A stretch of DNA of 64,000 nucleotides from Botryllus schlosseri (GCA_051294905.1 CM119373.1:2916001-2980000), one strand, 5' to 3'; counted from the stretch's first letter, positions 40,705-55,600 are shown. Numbers and translations: made by a program. Notes: a model not told the origin generated them from the sequence alone.

Positions 40705-41796
40705 AAGGGTTGCCATATTTGAGTTTCACAAATTTCGGGCGCTCTTCAGCGCCCACTAGCGGATTTCAAAATGAGGTATGACCACATTGTCGTTCAATAT
40801 GATTTCACGCCAGCAAACCTTTGTCTATCGACTAGAAGTGGTCACGATCCGGTTCAGGAGTATGTGGTTGGGTGTTAAATTGTAACCAGCGCCGAAGCCA
40901 CCTTTTTTCAGCCCCCTCCCGTCCAAATAACACTGCTCTTGGGCCCACCGTAGGGCAATCGGTGCTACTTCCGGGGGCTTACTATATGCATCTGTTCGTT
41001 AAATGATTTGAATGAATTATGTCAATAATATTATTTCTTCCATATATTACTATACAATTTTGCTCCTCTCTCCGCCCACATGATCAGAGTTGGCGATAGA
41101 GCTGGTGGGGGATGATTACTTGCTGAATGCAGGGAACGTAATTGTACAAGTACATCGTAAAGTCATGTTCATGTCACACGGTTACGACTATTTAGCAGCC
41201 TAACTGCCGGTCCGCACCAGCAGGTTGCACATCCGGAGGTTTTCAACCTTTTATGATCGCGACTCCGTTTCTAATTTGAAAATGTTCCGTGGCCCAGCTG
41301 AAAACTTGATAAGCTGATTACTAAAAAACGGCCAGCACCTTTGCCCAGACTTACTCACGGCCTATTTTGGAAGCTGATTACGTTCAACATATTCGCGAAC
41401 TTCAGAATAGAGGCAAACTACCCCCAGGTTTAGTACCACTATTTTTGCATAAAGCATCCAAACGGCGTAAACCGACTCAATCTTGTAATTGCGATTATAA
41501 TTCGACTTATTTTTGTAAATGAATGTTAGTTTTATCTATTTTTAATCGCAATTTTTGCGAGGGTGGTATTCCCCATATTAAAACGAATACTTATGGTAGG
41601 CTACTAAATCACGCGCAGCCACGAAGATAAATTTCATGTAGCATAAGTCTGCCCAAAAATAATATTGTTTATGTTGATTTACGAAAATATTATGAGCTTA
41701 CTTCAAGCCTTCAAAATTCCGGACATTTAGGCATATTTTAGAAATTCCACCCGGACGCAGTTTTAACAGTGAAATTCCGGACGTATGGCAACCCTA
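40705..41796. mobile_element. hAT MITE (TAGGGTTGCCATA family)
   Basis: TIRs; TSD AAATAGGT/AAATAGGC; homologous to 61464-62519. Confidence 0.85.
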
Positions 41797-44314
41797 AAAT
41801 AGGCGAAAAAAATATAACAATTTTTGATGTACCGATACTTGTACATTGTGTGATGACGGATCCGCATTTTATATGATATAGCAGAGATGACTTACTTTAT
41901 CTCTAATGTATTGAAGCAAAAGGTTCCTCATTTGAGGGGGCATGTGCGCCAAACATATCCAGCAGTGGATGAAAACATATCTATGCTATGGCCCGATAAA
42001 TGACATTACCAAGCCAACAGTTTCAACTCCTCCGCGGCGGAGTATGTGGTGTCACAGGTCACTATATAAGTCGACTAATGGCCCGAAATAGAACAGAGAA
42101 TGCGGCGAATGAAATATTTCAATCATGAAATCAAAGTCAGTCGGGTGGTGTGCGCAGTCGTAGATATTCACGGTAAGAAATAATATGTAGTAGGCTACTG
42201 TACCTTTCACGATGTGTATCTCGTTCATCATTCGCAGAAATCTTTAACGATCGTGTCCACTTCCTGCACAAGTTTCGCACCACCCTTTGCTCAAAGCACT
42301 CAGACGACACTCGGACGATTCCGAAGTAAGTGATATTCATATGCTCACATATGCCACCAATAATATTTACTGACCAAGTTATAATGTTTAATCTTGGTAA
42401 GGGGTTCTCAACCTTTTTGTAGACATGCCCCCCTTTATGATAGTGAAAAATTTCGCGCCTCATTTATCGTCATATCACAAAATCTAACCGGGATGCTAGC
42501 AACCTCAACATATTGTTTGATGGCATGGAAGGTTATGACTGTTGATGAGTGAATTATAAATTATATGAAATTCGGTCTATATATAGAGATACACGCGTAG
42601 CGCGAAATTTTATATCAGTTGGCCGCTTCTTCGCACCCCCTGCTGATGCTTTCACCCCCCGTTCTTTCGCCGTTCTTTCATAGAGAAGCATTTATCAACA
42701 CACATAGTCCCTTTCTTTTCCATCTGATTCGTATTTCTAGTTTCCCGAACAATAGTATACATCCTAAACTGATTTTTTAACTTATGAGCCCTATCCGTGA
42801 CAACGAATCTAACAAGCGAGGCCGGCGTGTAGCCATAGCCTTATAATATAATATAATGACTTTGGTGTAACCCAGTGATTCACAAGCGCGGCCACCAGCT
42901 AGCCTTCTTGCGTCCCCCAAAAATATATAAAGAAATTGATTTATGACGAAAAATAAAATTTATATTTATAAAATACTCTTGCTTGGCTTGGAGTCTGGAG
43001 CTTTTAATTAGGATTGTAGGAAAGTTGTAAAGCTAACGTTACATCACTGCTGTGTCAATGCAATGTGCTCTAACCTTCCTGTTGAACGAGCAGTAGCTAT
43101 AGATATAGGTATAGATATAGGTATTGATAACTAATCTACGGATAGATGTGCAACACGTGACTCACGGTTGAATATGCCGAGATGGTGACTGCTTAGCCGG
43201 CAAAAAGCAGCATACCGTCAGGGTTGTAAATTTTAATGACTCGAGTCATGACTCGACTCTAGTCACGATTTTCTGATGACTCGAGACTTGACTCGAGTCA
43301 TTGTCTCAAAATACGTAAATGACTCGAACCAAGTCATATGACCCGAAACTCAGACGGTCAAGACCGACATTTCATTGTAATTTCGATGAATAGTAAAGTA
43401 ACTACCACATTGGCATTTCGTCTATTGGTACTGGTACTTGAAAATGAGACCAGAAACTGCTAAAAGTGAGGCAAATTAGTCTATCATAAATGCGAACCAT
43501 TCGATATCGCTAAACAGTTTTATTAAAAGTGGGTTTAACAATACTTTAACAGGATACCGACCAGTCAATACAATGAGTCGCACTCGAGTCATAATACCAT
43601 GACTCGGACTCGATCGACTCGACGAATTGAAATCTGGCGAATACAATAAAACTAGTTTGGAATAGCCACCAAAGGTCGATTGTTCCGAACAATGGGAGCG
43701 CAGCAACACAATGACCTAAATAATGGCCAATGGCGTCAAAGCGATTGATCGGAACAACGCCAATTTTCATATTTTGGGTCCGTTTCATTGCCCTGGTATT
43801 CGTGCGGCCCCGACCATACTCTGAAATTCTAAATTTGACCCTGACACCGAAAAAGGTTGGGAACCACTGGTGTAACCACATTAGCTTGTCAGTTGTTTCT
43901 TGTACCGTACTATATGTACTATACTGAAATTCGTACTAGGGTCAACCATTTCCGTATGACCCACCCCTGTCTCGCGAACGAGGTTGAATCAGGTCAAATC
44001 ACCACGAAAATAAAATATCAGTAACATTCAGTTCCACGTGTACATTGGCTGCAGCGATTTGGAAGCTAATCAATTTTGCCAATAGCCTGCTCTGGTAAAC
44101 TGCAGTAACGAGTAACTGTCAGTGATTTTACGATGAAATTCTGGTAACTTGACTTGGCAATTAAATTAGGGTAATGTTACATATCAAAATATAAAATTAC
44201 AAGCTACGCACAGTTAGTGGCTGCGACCTGTAGACCCTAATTTGTTGTAAAATTTACAGAGATTTCTTTGATGAGCTTCTTAAAGGTACAGAACTTCAGT
44301 ATGGTATATTCACA

Positions 44315-44545
44315 GAATAGAATAGAATAGAATAGTATATTCATATTGAAATGAACTCGAATATTTTCGACTGACACTCGTCAGGGGTAATCGTCAGCAA
44401 CTATGTAGAGAATAAGAAAGAACATTGTATATCAACAATCGTATCATAAAATATGACGTCACCAGCATGAAACTTCGAATTACAGAGCGTTCAGTGCACT
44501 ATTCCTAGGTGGTACACGAACTCCTTCTGTTGACAGAGTTTCTTT
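44315..44545 (-). mobile_element. Penelope-like pLTR fragment with (TATTC)n tail
   Basis: Reverse complement of 33625-33835. Confidence 0.75.
44355..44388 (-). ncRNA. Minimal hammerhead ribozyme motif, second copy
   Basis: ACCC-CUGACGA-gugucaguc-GAAA-AUAU-UC-GAGU. Confidence 0.6.
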
Positions 44546-47371
44546 GTAAATCTACCAGATTTTTTACAGTGCACAGGGCTTGGGTTTTAAGGTAAAATTT
44601 GGGAATCATTTTGCTGGTCCGACCCGCAAGCGATCTGAATGTTTGGATCCGGCCCTCACTCAGGTTGAATTCGACACCCCTGTCTCATACCCTATCGCCC
44701 GGATCTTTACACGCATAAACGATTTGATGTGTGTCAGTGGCAAGACAGACTCAAAAGGGACACATCGTCAACGGAACTGCGTAAAATGTGTTTGATGAAA
44801 AATTAGAAATGTAATTTCACGGCAGTTATTTGTTAGGTTTACTTTTAAATGAGTCACCATCTCATTGATGTTTTTACAGTTCCTATTCTAACCCAAAATC
44901 GGGTCAATGTGTCCATATAATTCGCATGTTTTCCAATCAATTCGTGTGTAACGGTGGATTACTTCACCAACTTATTATCTGGGTGCAGCAGCATGAGTTA
45001 GGAAAAGTGGGCGAAATTTGAGTATTTGAGATCATGCGTCATCAATCCCGGGTACCGGCTTGGGGCCAAGGATTTGATTGAGCACGGGTTTTTATTGGTA
45101 CGTGAATATTCTTTTGAAACGGCCTAGATTTCCAGATATGTTCAGAGAATGTAGCGCCTGGACTGAAGTGCTTAATGAACAAAAGTTTTGCTGTTCTCTG
45201 CTCGTGTGCGGAAGAGCATTTCGTATTTTTCAGTTACACTTCGCCCTTAGTGCCCTATCTATGAATCAACTATATCAGTGCTTTGCAACCTGAGTGACGG
45301 TTCGCACTTGGCGAATGAAAAAAATTGCAGCGCGAATGACGAAGGTGGTGCGAATGAAAATCCGGATGACTGCGAATGAAAATCGTGAATAATTGTTAGT
45401 TTTTCTGACGTGGAATAATTCCAATGAACCTGATAGTAATTTCAAGGGCAGTGTAAGTGTGCGACGCAATAGTAAAAACTTGTTTAACTTACGACTAATC
45501 GTAGCTCTCAAAAGCCGTAGTGAATTAATATTTTGCACTATAATTATAGCGTAACCCAAAAACCTGGTTTGTAATCTGGTGTAGTTGCAGACATACAGTA
45601 TATCAGTCCGTCTGAGTATGCGACATGCGACAGGCTGAAAAAATGACGTCAAATTGACTTTCTGCTTTCTTTCGCTAAACAATCATCATATTTTCGAAAT
45701 AACTGTTTGATTGGCGCGAGGCGCGAGGATAGTAGTAAATGCCATCATTACAGAATCACATTTGCAAGTTACTGTAACGCAAGGGTTATTGAAGTATGGA
45801 CAGCAAAGCAGAGCTTTGATAGTCGGAGCAAGGAGCCTGAGCCACGGAGCCGAGTATTTTCAACGCAGCCGGGGCTCTAAATAAAATTCTGATGGAGCCG
45901 GAGCCGGAGCTGGAGCCGGTTGTTAGAAAGGTAGCTCCGTTCCAATGTATTTTATTAGGTGCTATGCTAATACTTTTGGCTGAATTCACAAAATTTTACA
46001 GTAATCGTTCAAAAAATTAAGAATCATCGCCTCATTGGCGCCACCTTTTTTAAACTAAGCATGTTCAAATTGTTCATAGAGAACGCGCTAAACCCGGGTA
46101 TGCGAGATATGCCGTGCATTACTATATTCTGGGACGTGGTTATTCTCCATACCCGCAATTTCGTCATCAGCACGACACTGATGGTCAATAGAGCGATTCC
46201 GGAAATATTGATCACTATGTACTTCATAAAATGGGACTGCTGCTTATGTGAAAAGAGCAAATTAACTAGTGAGTAATTAGCCAGTACTTCTCATTAAATT
46301 ATGCTTTCTTGCTATCCGTTGGTGTTGCGGTAAAGTACGAACAGGAACAACCAACAAACACCGTTACATTCAAGTACAATAAGTAATTCAGGAGGTACGA
46401 CCTGTTGTGAAAAACAAGTTAGTGGTACGCCGTGTGGTGAAAAAAGAACAAATTAGTGGTACGCGATGGGAAAAAGTTTGAGAAACACTGAATTACACGA
46501 AGCGATGCCAGAGGATGAACGTGACCTTGCTGCACTTGCACCGTACGCCGTCTACTCTCTGAATTAGACTAGCAAATATCCGTTCTTTGGTGATAGCCAT
46601 TCAATCATACCGCGAAATTCAACAGTGTGTTATTGTGTGTGCCTGCGAATTGGAATTGTATCCTGCGCATGATAGTGTATTGCTGTACGGATATGCGAAC
46701 GTAAATAGAGAAACGCATCCCAGAACCCCGTTATAGTCCGCGAAACATTTTCGCGATGCGAGCTAGTCAGTTCGATGCCCCAACCCCGTGGTGTTGGATA
46801 TAATAGAGGAATTATAGTGATTGAATGCGCGCTTTCCCGTGTGTAATCATCTCTTTTGTGCATTTATTCTTGTCAGCTTGAAACAGTATTCCTGAATTAT
46901 CTCGCAATGAACGTGTTTAGTTCAATTTGTTAACGACACGGTGCACACAAGATTATCAGTAGAACTAGCTCTGCAAATAAATCGGTTCCTTCGAAGGGAA
47001 ACTTTCTATATTCCAGTTAACCTAATCGACACGGGACGGACTGGTAACGATCGCATCAATGTCGAATTTCAACCCATTGGGTATTTGGTAGAAAGCGAGT
47101 TTCTGATCGCGACAAGCGCTCATGTTGCGCTTGCTGCAGTTACACTTGAACAATCCCACATTTTCAAGATTACAGTCAACTATATGGCTTGATATGTGCA
47201 AGTGCAGCGTGGGTGACTATATGAAGTTTTCGACAGCAGACATAGAGTAATTATGACGTCACAGGACTGTGCGTACCCACACAAAATTACGGTAGTTATT
47301 GACTACATGACTGAGCCATTCGATAGTTTACGGAGCCGGAGCCTTACTATATAAAGTTGCATGCTGTAGAC

Positions 47372-48835
47372 CAGAGGTCTCAAACTCAAATGTGCTCGCG
47401 GGCCAATTTCCTAGTTCTTCATGACGCCGCAGGGCGCAGCATCAATAATAGGGATATTCAATGTATAATTTCCAAGTAGGCGTTATTTGACGGGACCTTG
47501 AAGACAGGCATTCCACAAACATCGTGCAAATGTAATTAATTATTGTAATATTCACGCTTGACACGGAAAAAAATCACATTTTCAAATATTTGAATGAAAT
47601 TGTTTTTGTGCCGGGCATAATATTTTGGATTAATGAGTTATAGACGTCAATCGAGAGGATGCATCTTGACACCGTAAAACTGTCGCGTTATAATATTACA
47701 GCTAGTGGACCTTTTACGTGCCACAATTTTATGTAGAATATTTTAAAATCTACTGAAGATTGATCTGATATCAGTCCATTTGAGCGGTGTAGCCTAATCC
47801 TGGTTTTGATATAGTCGTGGTCAGTATAGGCTATTCTTACTGTCATTGCCAACTTCAAATTAAATCAGCGTTAGATTTTGCCTTCGATTATTGTTAGAAC
47901 ATATCAATAACAACTTAAATATAATCATTGAGCCATAGGGTTAGAATATTGCTTCTTAACGTTTTTAGCGATCGTACCCCTTGTGCTTCCAATGAAATTT
48001 CTCGTAGCCACTGTCCAGTTTCAACACAATTTCTGATGGTACCTATATTAAAATCTGAAAGCCCATTCACATAAAATCGCGCGTAGCGCGAAAACTATTT
48101 TCCAGTTGAATAAATTGGCCAAGAAAATATTCCACAGTATATAGGCCTGATTCCCCAATGCATCTCGAACACCCTGATGTGGTGCTTCGTACCCCGACGA
48201 GGTCTACGGACCCTGAACCCCTGGAATAGAAACGTCCAATCGGCGACGAATTCATTGGTGTTACAGCTGTAACTACTACTACTACCTTAGTCGCCACCGA
48301 TAAAAATACGGATAAAGAGAACCACGAGCACCCAGCATATAACCAACTATACGTCACGTGGCTCACGCAATGCCAATGCTTGCCATACTGACCTGATTAG
48401 ATAGCTATATTCCCTACGCAACGCAAGCTCCGACCTTTTGATATATTATTATTCCCATGACAGTTTCATAGATTGTTGGGTCCGTAGGACCAATCCGAAA
48501 TCGAGTAACTTTACGAGAAGGTCGCACCAAAACAAATCACAATTTTCAGTCATGATTCATCAACGGGTCATGTTTTATCATCGTGATCTAGAAAGGTGAC
48601 GTAATAGCTGATCTCCTACCGCATGTTAGCTTTTAAAAGTGATGTGATAGTGAAGTTTGTTGAGATTTCAGTGATTGTTATATTTTTAGGGTGAACTTTA
48701 AGTTTTTATATCTAAAAAGCATACGACACTTGAATATATTGTTGATAACTTGAAATTCCAAAATGTCGTCGCGGGCCGCACAAAATGCTCTCGCGGCCCG
48801 CATGCAGCCCGCCGGCCGCGTGTTTGAGACCTCTG
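47372..48835. mobile_element. Non-autonomous hAT-like element (CAGAGGTCTCAAAC family)
   Basis: Perfect 14-bp TIRs; TSD CTGTAGAC/CTATAGAG. Confidence 0.85.
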
Positions 48836-49599
48836 CTATAGAGTCTGTGTATACAATCAGTTTAAGAGGATTTGTCCTCTTTTTTTACTTTTTTGAAAGT
48901 GTCCTCGCAGGACCCCCAAATGTCCTCTTTTCTGAGAATTTTGATTAAACGTACGTGGAAATTTGCCCGAGATATAGGAAATCAGCGGCCAAATAACGGT
49001 CCGAAGCGTTTACGGAGACTTGAGCCAGAAAATGACCTTGTTTTTAGTCAACCGGCCACGAAGTTGGGTAATATTTACCATTTTTTCATGATTTTATTAT
49101 ATATTAGTATATATTTAGTATATATTGACAAGAAAAAGCAACAACAAAATTGTAAATAGTATGTAAGTATAGGCCTGTAGTGAAAGAAAAACTGGATATA
49201 TCATGTGTAATGGATAACGGGTGAGAACGTGTGGTATTAATGGAAGCAGTCTATGTATGTAGCCGTAAGTAGCCTACATAGTGCAAACAAATAATATCTA
49301 CTCGAGCAGTCAAAATGAATGAATTTCGATCATACTAGAGGTAAGAAAATAACAGCCTGGCCATATTGAATTCGTACAAAACCGTTTTCTCGCGGATTTT
49401 CATATTGCACCCGGACCGCAAGATGGCGCTATGAATATCTATTCCTCTCTTCTCTTTTCGCCACCTTTTGCAAATCGATCACCGCGAGAGGGCGCTAGGA
49501 AATTTGAGTCAATACAGTCATACGTCGGTGCGACGTCACACTCACATAAAAGAAAGGTTACTTTTGAAGTGTGACGTCACAGATCCGCAAAAGTCAAGT

Positions 49600-49668
49600 T
49601 CACAATCTTTTCCGCCGGAACTTCATCTCCGAGAATCGCAGGAGGTTGGGAGGTTGATTCCAATCCCA
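49600..49668 (-). CDS. Gene B terminal FReD segment (WDWNQPPNLLRFSEMKFRRKRL*), coding only if the 485-nt insertion is spliced out
   Basis: Homologous to the gene A C-terminus; preceded by AAG in phase 0. Confidence 0.55.
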   Translation of the reverse strand, partial: WDWNQPPNLLRFSEMKFRRKRL

Positions 49669-52600
49669 CTTTAACGAACTATATTGTTCACGCCATTTTA
49701 ATATTTGAGCAATAGGGAGTGTTGTGAACTTACTTAATTCCCTGAAGTGAAAACCCGATAAGACCTTTGTTATTCGTGTGAATATAGATAAGAGCAATAA
49801 ATCGTACGATGTTTTGTGCATATATTCTCTCGTGGCTATAATTTATATACGCATGTAATACCACGTAGACAGTCATTCGGTTCATGATATTTCGCTGATT
49901 CGGAAGTCCGTTGTATTGCCGTACGTGATTCAATAAAGTTACAAGTCGTGGAGACGGAAACAAAATATATTCGTCAGTGTGATCCATCGAATACGTGTGC
50001 AATAGACAGGCTTCGTGGTACGTCAGCCAACAAGGCCGTACGGCGCGGTTACGCCGGTCCGTCAAAGGAAGAAACACGCAGCGAATTGTAAACGCAACCT
50101 TCTTGGAGTCAGATATACAATTATACAACTACAACATTCGCTCTGCGTTATACCCACCACCAAATTCCCTTGCCGTCTGTTTTGCGGAAGTTTCCATTCA
50201 GATTGCTCCAGCCACAGTCCTCATACCACCAGCCTCCTTCGCGAAAAGAAGCGCAATTCAATGACGAATGAGAATCGTGATCCGCGTCCTTCGTTGAGAA
50301 TTGTTGATTGTTGTTCCATGTGAGACCGTCGTTGGTTGCATTCCCGGAATATCCGGATACGTGCAGTCTGTACTTGTCGGATCCGGGTCCGATGCTGAAG
50401 GAGCTGGAAAATGAGAACCGCTGAGTGAATTTCGAATGATTCCAAAATGTTAAAATCCTGGCCTTGTTTTTCGCTCGAATAGTTTGTATTTCAGCCTGCA
50501 TGCGTAATATCAATAAGGATTATACTTCGGATCATTGGGGTTCTATCCTAGCAATACTTTTATTCGCCAACCATGAAATTGGCAAAAATACCGTGATTTA
50601 CCGGTTGTATACAGGTATTGTTACTAAAACAGTGGCCCCAATGACGATATAAGTAGGCATATCTCTATGCTCCCGTTGATTTAGTCGCAATCTGGCGTTA
50701 TAGCCTTGCGTGTGCGTTGTGAGAAATACAAGATTGATGAAATGCACCGAAATGATAATGCCAACGACTCAGATTCACCTGTATTTAGCATCCCAATAAA
50801 CCTCTTTTTTCGTGATCATTTTGATTTTCATCTCCATATCCCCTGTCTTGGTCAATTGATGCAATGCTTCCAGGCCTGGAAGAAAGTAGATTGCCAGATG
50901 ATTACAAACTAACATACGTGCAGGAGCCCTTGACGTGGGCGCAGTGACAAGATGATGAAACAAATACTCCAGCAGTGTACACTCTAAACGCGCTCACACT
51001 CCCAATTTACTTTACCATAGATCTGCTAGATCAGAGGTCTCAAACACGCAGCTCGCGGGCCGCATTTTGTCCGGCCCGAGACGACATTCTAGATTTTTAT
51101 TAATTTGACAATATATAAGGGTCACATGTATCTTTTCAGGTTATAAAGTGAAAATTCTCTCTACAATTGCTCTGAAAGCCTGACACTATTCATCAAACGT
51201 CACTATCACATCAATTGCAAACGCTCCCATGTAGTGGAAGATTGATTATTTCGTCACATTTTCACTTCATGTTGATAAAACCTGTTCCTTAGACGATTCG
51301 TGACTAAAATTTGTGAGTTGGACTTGGACGTGACCTTTCCTAAAATTACTCGGACTCGGGCTGACTCGATGGAAAAATGAAAAAGACCCGATTGGACTCG
51401 GAGTGACTCGGAATGCCGTGAACTTGCTAGAACCACGGACGCAACAAACTAATCGCGTGTCATGAGAATAGTAGATCAGACGGTCACAGCTTGGTATTTC
51501 GCTAACTAAGCGAGTCGTTATTGCAACCAGTGGCAATCTGTTAGTTACATCTTGGGTCGCTTAGTCCTCGAACCATGTTATTAAGGCCACTTCAAGGTAC
51601 CGAGTACCGTAGTGATACGCTCCAACGATGGGCCGTTCGGCGTTCCGACATTTCTATTACTAGGACACATCCATTAATATATTTTTTATATTTAAATATT
51701 TTTCCGCTCCTATTTTCGAAGAAATTTGACCATGAGATTAATAATAACCACTTATCAGGAGTATAGGCAACCTAGGCTACCCGAGTCCTGGATTGGAACT
51801 ACACTGCCCAACCCAAAAATGTTGTGATCTCAGATCAGTCTCTATTATCAATCTGTTAAATTCGAAATATCAAAGGCGATAGCTTTTTTGATGACATCAT
51901 ACATTTGTCCGCTCATATGTGTCTATATCTTATAATTATTATATATAACGAGTACAACAAGAATCCTATTCAATTAGTTATAAATGTGATAATTTTTTCG
52001 TGCCAGGCCTAAATTGATACAAGAGTAAATCACATTTTGACGATGTGTGTTTACTCGCAGCCTGCTGGATCGGCTCACTTTCAATAGGACAATTCCATCC
52101 CGTCAAATATGGTCTGAAAGACATATAATACCCCTACAGATGCTGCGGCCCGCGGCGTCGTCAAAACTGGAAAACTGGCCCGCGAGCACATTTGAGTTTA
52201 AGACCTCTGTGCTAGATCACGATCAGTGGATATGGCATCTCTTCGCTCCTCGTGATGTATGTCTGGGCGCACTTCATGAGATAATGGAAAAGTTATATAT
52301 GAAAAGTCGTACCCAACCAATGATCTCCTTGAATATCGCCGAATCTTTTCACGTAATCATTCCAATCTCTGTCGAAATCAACGTCTCCGTTCATTCTTCG
52401 CTGGAAAACCTTTCATGAAAATGGAAATAATAATCAATTTTTTTCTGCAACAATCGCGCAGTGAACTCACGGTCCAGTTTCCACCATCGTCAGTCACGTC
52501 ACAGAATACACTCGTGATTCCGACTTCCGGTATGTCTAATTTAAACACACCCCCAGAGTCATTACGTGCTAATGCTGATTGGGCGTCCTCACAACTTCTC

Positions 52601-55600
52601 ACAAGACCTAGAAATAATAGAATTCGTATCATAATCGTCAATCGACGAATGACGTCAATCTTTCCAGCTTTGAAATGTCAGATTGGCGGCAGTGAACAGC
52701 GTGATACTTGTCAAGTTACTAGTGCTCTGAACGTGATGCGTATACTACCGGTACGTTGATATTTTAATGCTTAACCGCGTAAGAATGTGGGTACCCCTCA
52801 CCGAATCTTGACGTGTTGTGGTTATGGCTTGACATCATTTGTTAGTGCACTCATTAATGTATGTATATTAACGAAACATGAGATATGCTCAACCCATCTA
52901 TTTTCTCTGTTTGCAATATCTGTGACTGAATTTACAATCATGGATGTTCCTTACAACGGATTGCAATTCAACTGCTCAGCCAAATACTGTATCTTGTAAT
53001 AATTTCTGATTAAAATTCGTGATACTCATTTCAGTTAATCTACGACAGAGGTCTCAAACTCAAATGTGCTCGCGGGCCAATTTTCCAGTTTTGACGACGC
53101 CGCGGGCCGCAGCTTCAACAGAAGTATTCCATGTCTTTCAAAGTAGGCCGTATTTGACGGGATGAAATTGTCGTATTGAAAGTGAGCCAATCCAACAGAC
53201 TGACATTCAACACTCATCATAAAAATGGGATTTACTGTTGTATGAATTTAGGTCTGGCATAGAAAAATTATCACATTTATAACTATTTGAATGGAAGTTT
53301 TGTTGTATTTGATATATAATTATTATAAGATATAGACGCCATGTGAGCGGACAATTATATAATGTTATCGTAAAAGCTATCACGTTATAATTTTGCAGCG
53401 AATATGAATATTTTGAATTTAACAGATTGATAATAGAGATTGATCTGCTATCACAGCATTTGGGGTTTGGCAGTGTAGCCCAATCCGGGATTCGGATATA
53501 CTCCTGATAAGCTCATGGTCAAATACCTTCGAATATTGGAGCAGAAAAACAACAATACAAATCTATTAATGAATGTGTCATAAATATCGGAAGGCGGATC
53601 AACATCGTTACATCGTTGGAGCGTACCACTACGGTATACTCGGTACCTTTAAGTGGCATTAATAACATGGTTTAGCGACCCAAGATGTAACTAACAGATT
53701 GCCAATGGTTGCCATAACTACTTGCTTAGTTAGCGAAATGCCAAGCTGCGACCTTCTGATCTATTACTATCCCATGACACGTGAATAGTTTGTTGCGTCC
53801 ATGGTTCTAACCAATTCACAGATTTCCGAGTCCATCCGAGTCCACTCCGGTCATTTTCATTTGGCCATCGAGTCAGCCCGAGTCTGAGTAATTCTAATAA
53901 AGGTCGCGTCAATGTCTAACTCAAAAATTTCAGTCACGAATCGTCCAAGCATAGTGCTGTAAACGACTATCGTCTAAGCCTAAGGGTTGGGGTTTATCAT
54001 CATGAATTGGAAATGTTGCGAAATAGGGAATCTCTCCTGCATGGTCGCGGATAGCGAAGTTAGATGAATAGTTTTAGGCTATCGAAGCAGTTTAAGAGGA
54101 AATTTTCCCTTTACAACTTGAAAAGAGATATGAGGCACTTATATGTTGTAAAATTATTGAAATTCTGAAATGTCGCGGGCCGCATGAAATGCTCTGGCGG
54201 GCCGCGTGTTTGAGACCTGTGATCTACGAGTTATATCGTTGTTATATTTAGCCTTTATTTTACGACGGAGAGTTGGAGACTGAACCCAGATATGCTCAAA
54301 TAACAGTCTAAGTCTGATGGTGAATTGAAAAGAATGCAGCGTTGGCGAAGGCAGCAGTTCATAAAATATCGTCCTCCAAGCATTTCTTCAATCTGCTTTG
54401 ACAACGTCCATGATCAGTCGATTATCACTGCTAAAGATATCTGGCTGACAGTACATCGCACGATTATGAGGCCAGTGGAATTACCCAGATATCAGAGACC
54501 AAGCCAAGCCTTAAACGTGGGTTTTATCATTCACAATTGGGCTCTGAATGAAGTTAGCGTCCCACACAGTGAGCTGGCTGCTGATGGTAGCTCCGCGTTG
54601 CCTTGACCCTATTCTTCCCGCCAAGGCACAGACTTGTTGGATAAACCACATTTTGTCTGCATTTCAATTCAAGAACAGGAATAGTTGTATGAAACTTGTC
54701 CCGGAGAGAACATCTCTCTGTATCTCGGCTGGAATCAATGGGTCGTTTTATGCATTTTATATGACTGTCTGTCTGTATTTTACCGGTATTTTGAATGTAT
54801 GCTCGTGGTGGATTTTATTATAGCTAACGCGATAATGAAAATATATTGTCAAATTGTGATGTCTTGCAACATAAGGTTGATATATCTGCCAGAAAGCAAC
54901 AAAGATTCAGGTAGCGATAGGGTTACTAGCGGTTGTAAGCTGCAGTAGCGAGAGGGTTAATGAACGGCAACTGAAGGGTTAATGAGTCTGCAGCTGAAGT
55001 GCAAAAAGTGTATCTTTTGAAGCATCATTTCGACATCGAATGCGCAAAATACGCCGGCAGATCGCTTACCATTTTGTTGACTCGGTAGTACGGCTAAGTG
55101 TAAGTAAACTGACATTTTTCATTATGATGACAGGTATTTGGGTGGCGTTCACAGTAATTTACTGTATGGAACAAATGATCTGTCAAACTTACTGAATCTA
55201 TACACAGCCAAGTATTGTTGGAATTGAGCGTGTCTTATTCTCGTCATAGCTCAATATTCACAAGAAATATGGGCTACGTCGATGCAATCGCACGTATAGT
55301 ACGGACGATTGTCATTATTCATGCATTTACCTCCATATCGACATGTATTCTGGTGGTGTGCACAATATCTCTCTGTGTGGCAGTGAGTGAGTCATTTTCT
55401 GACCATAGCTCAAGAATTAGGATCGTTTTACTTACCACTGCAGTTTTTCCCGTAGTATCCGCCGGTGCAATTACACGTATAGTACGGACGAGTGACATTA
55501 TTCAGACATTTACCTCCATGTTGACAGGGATTCTCGTGGTGTGCACAATATTGTTCTGAACGGAAACAAAGCGATAACTGGGCCATACGTACTGAATTTA

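Larger units (their letters stand above)
40221..44571. mobile_element. CACTA/EnSpm-like non-autonomous element carrying nested insertions
   Basis: CACTGTAAAAA...TTTTTACAGTG ends with a 2-bp CA duplication. Confidence 0.55.
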
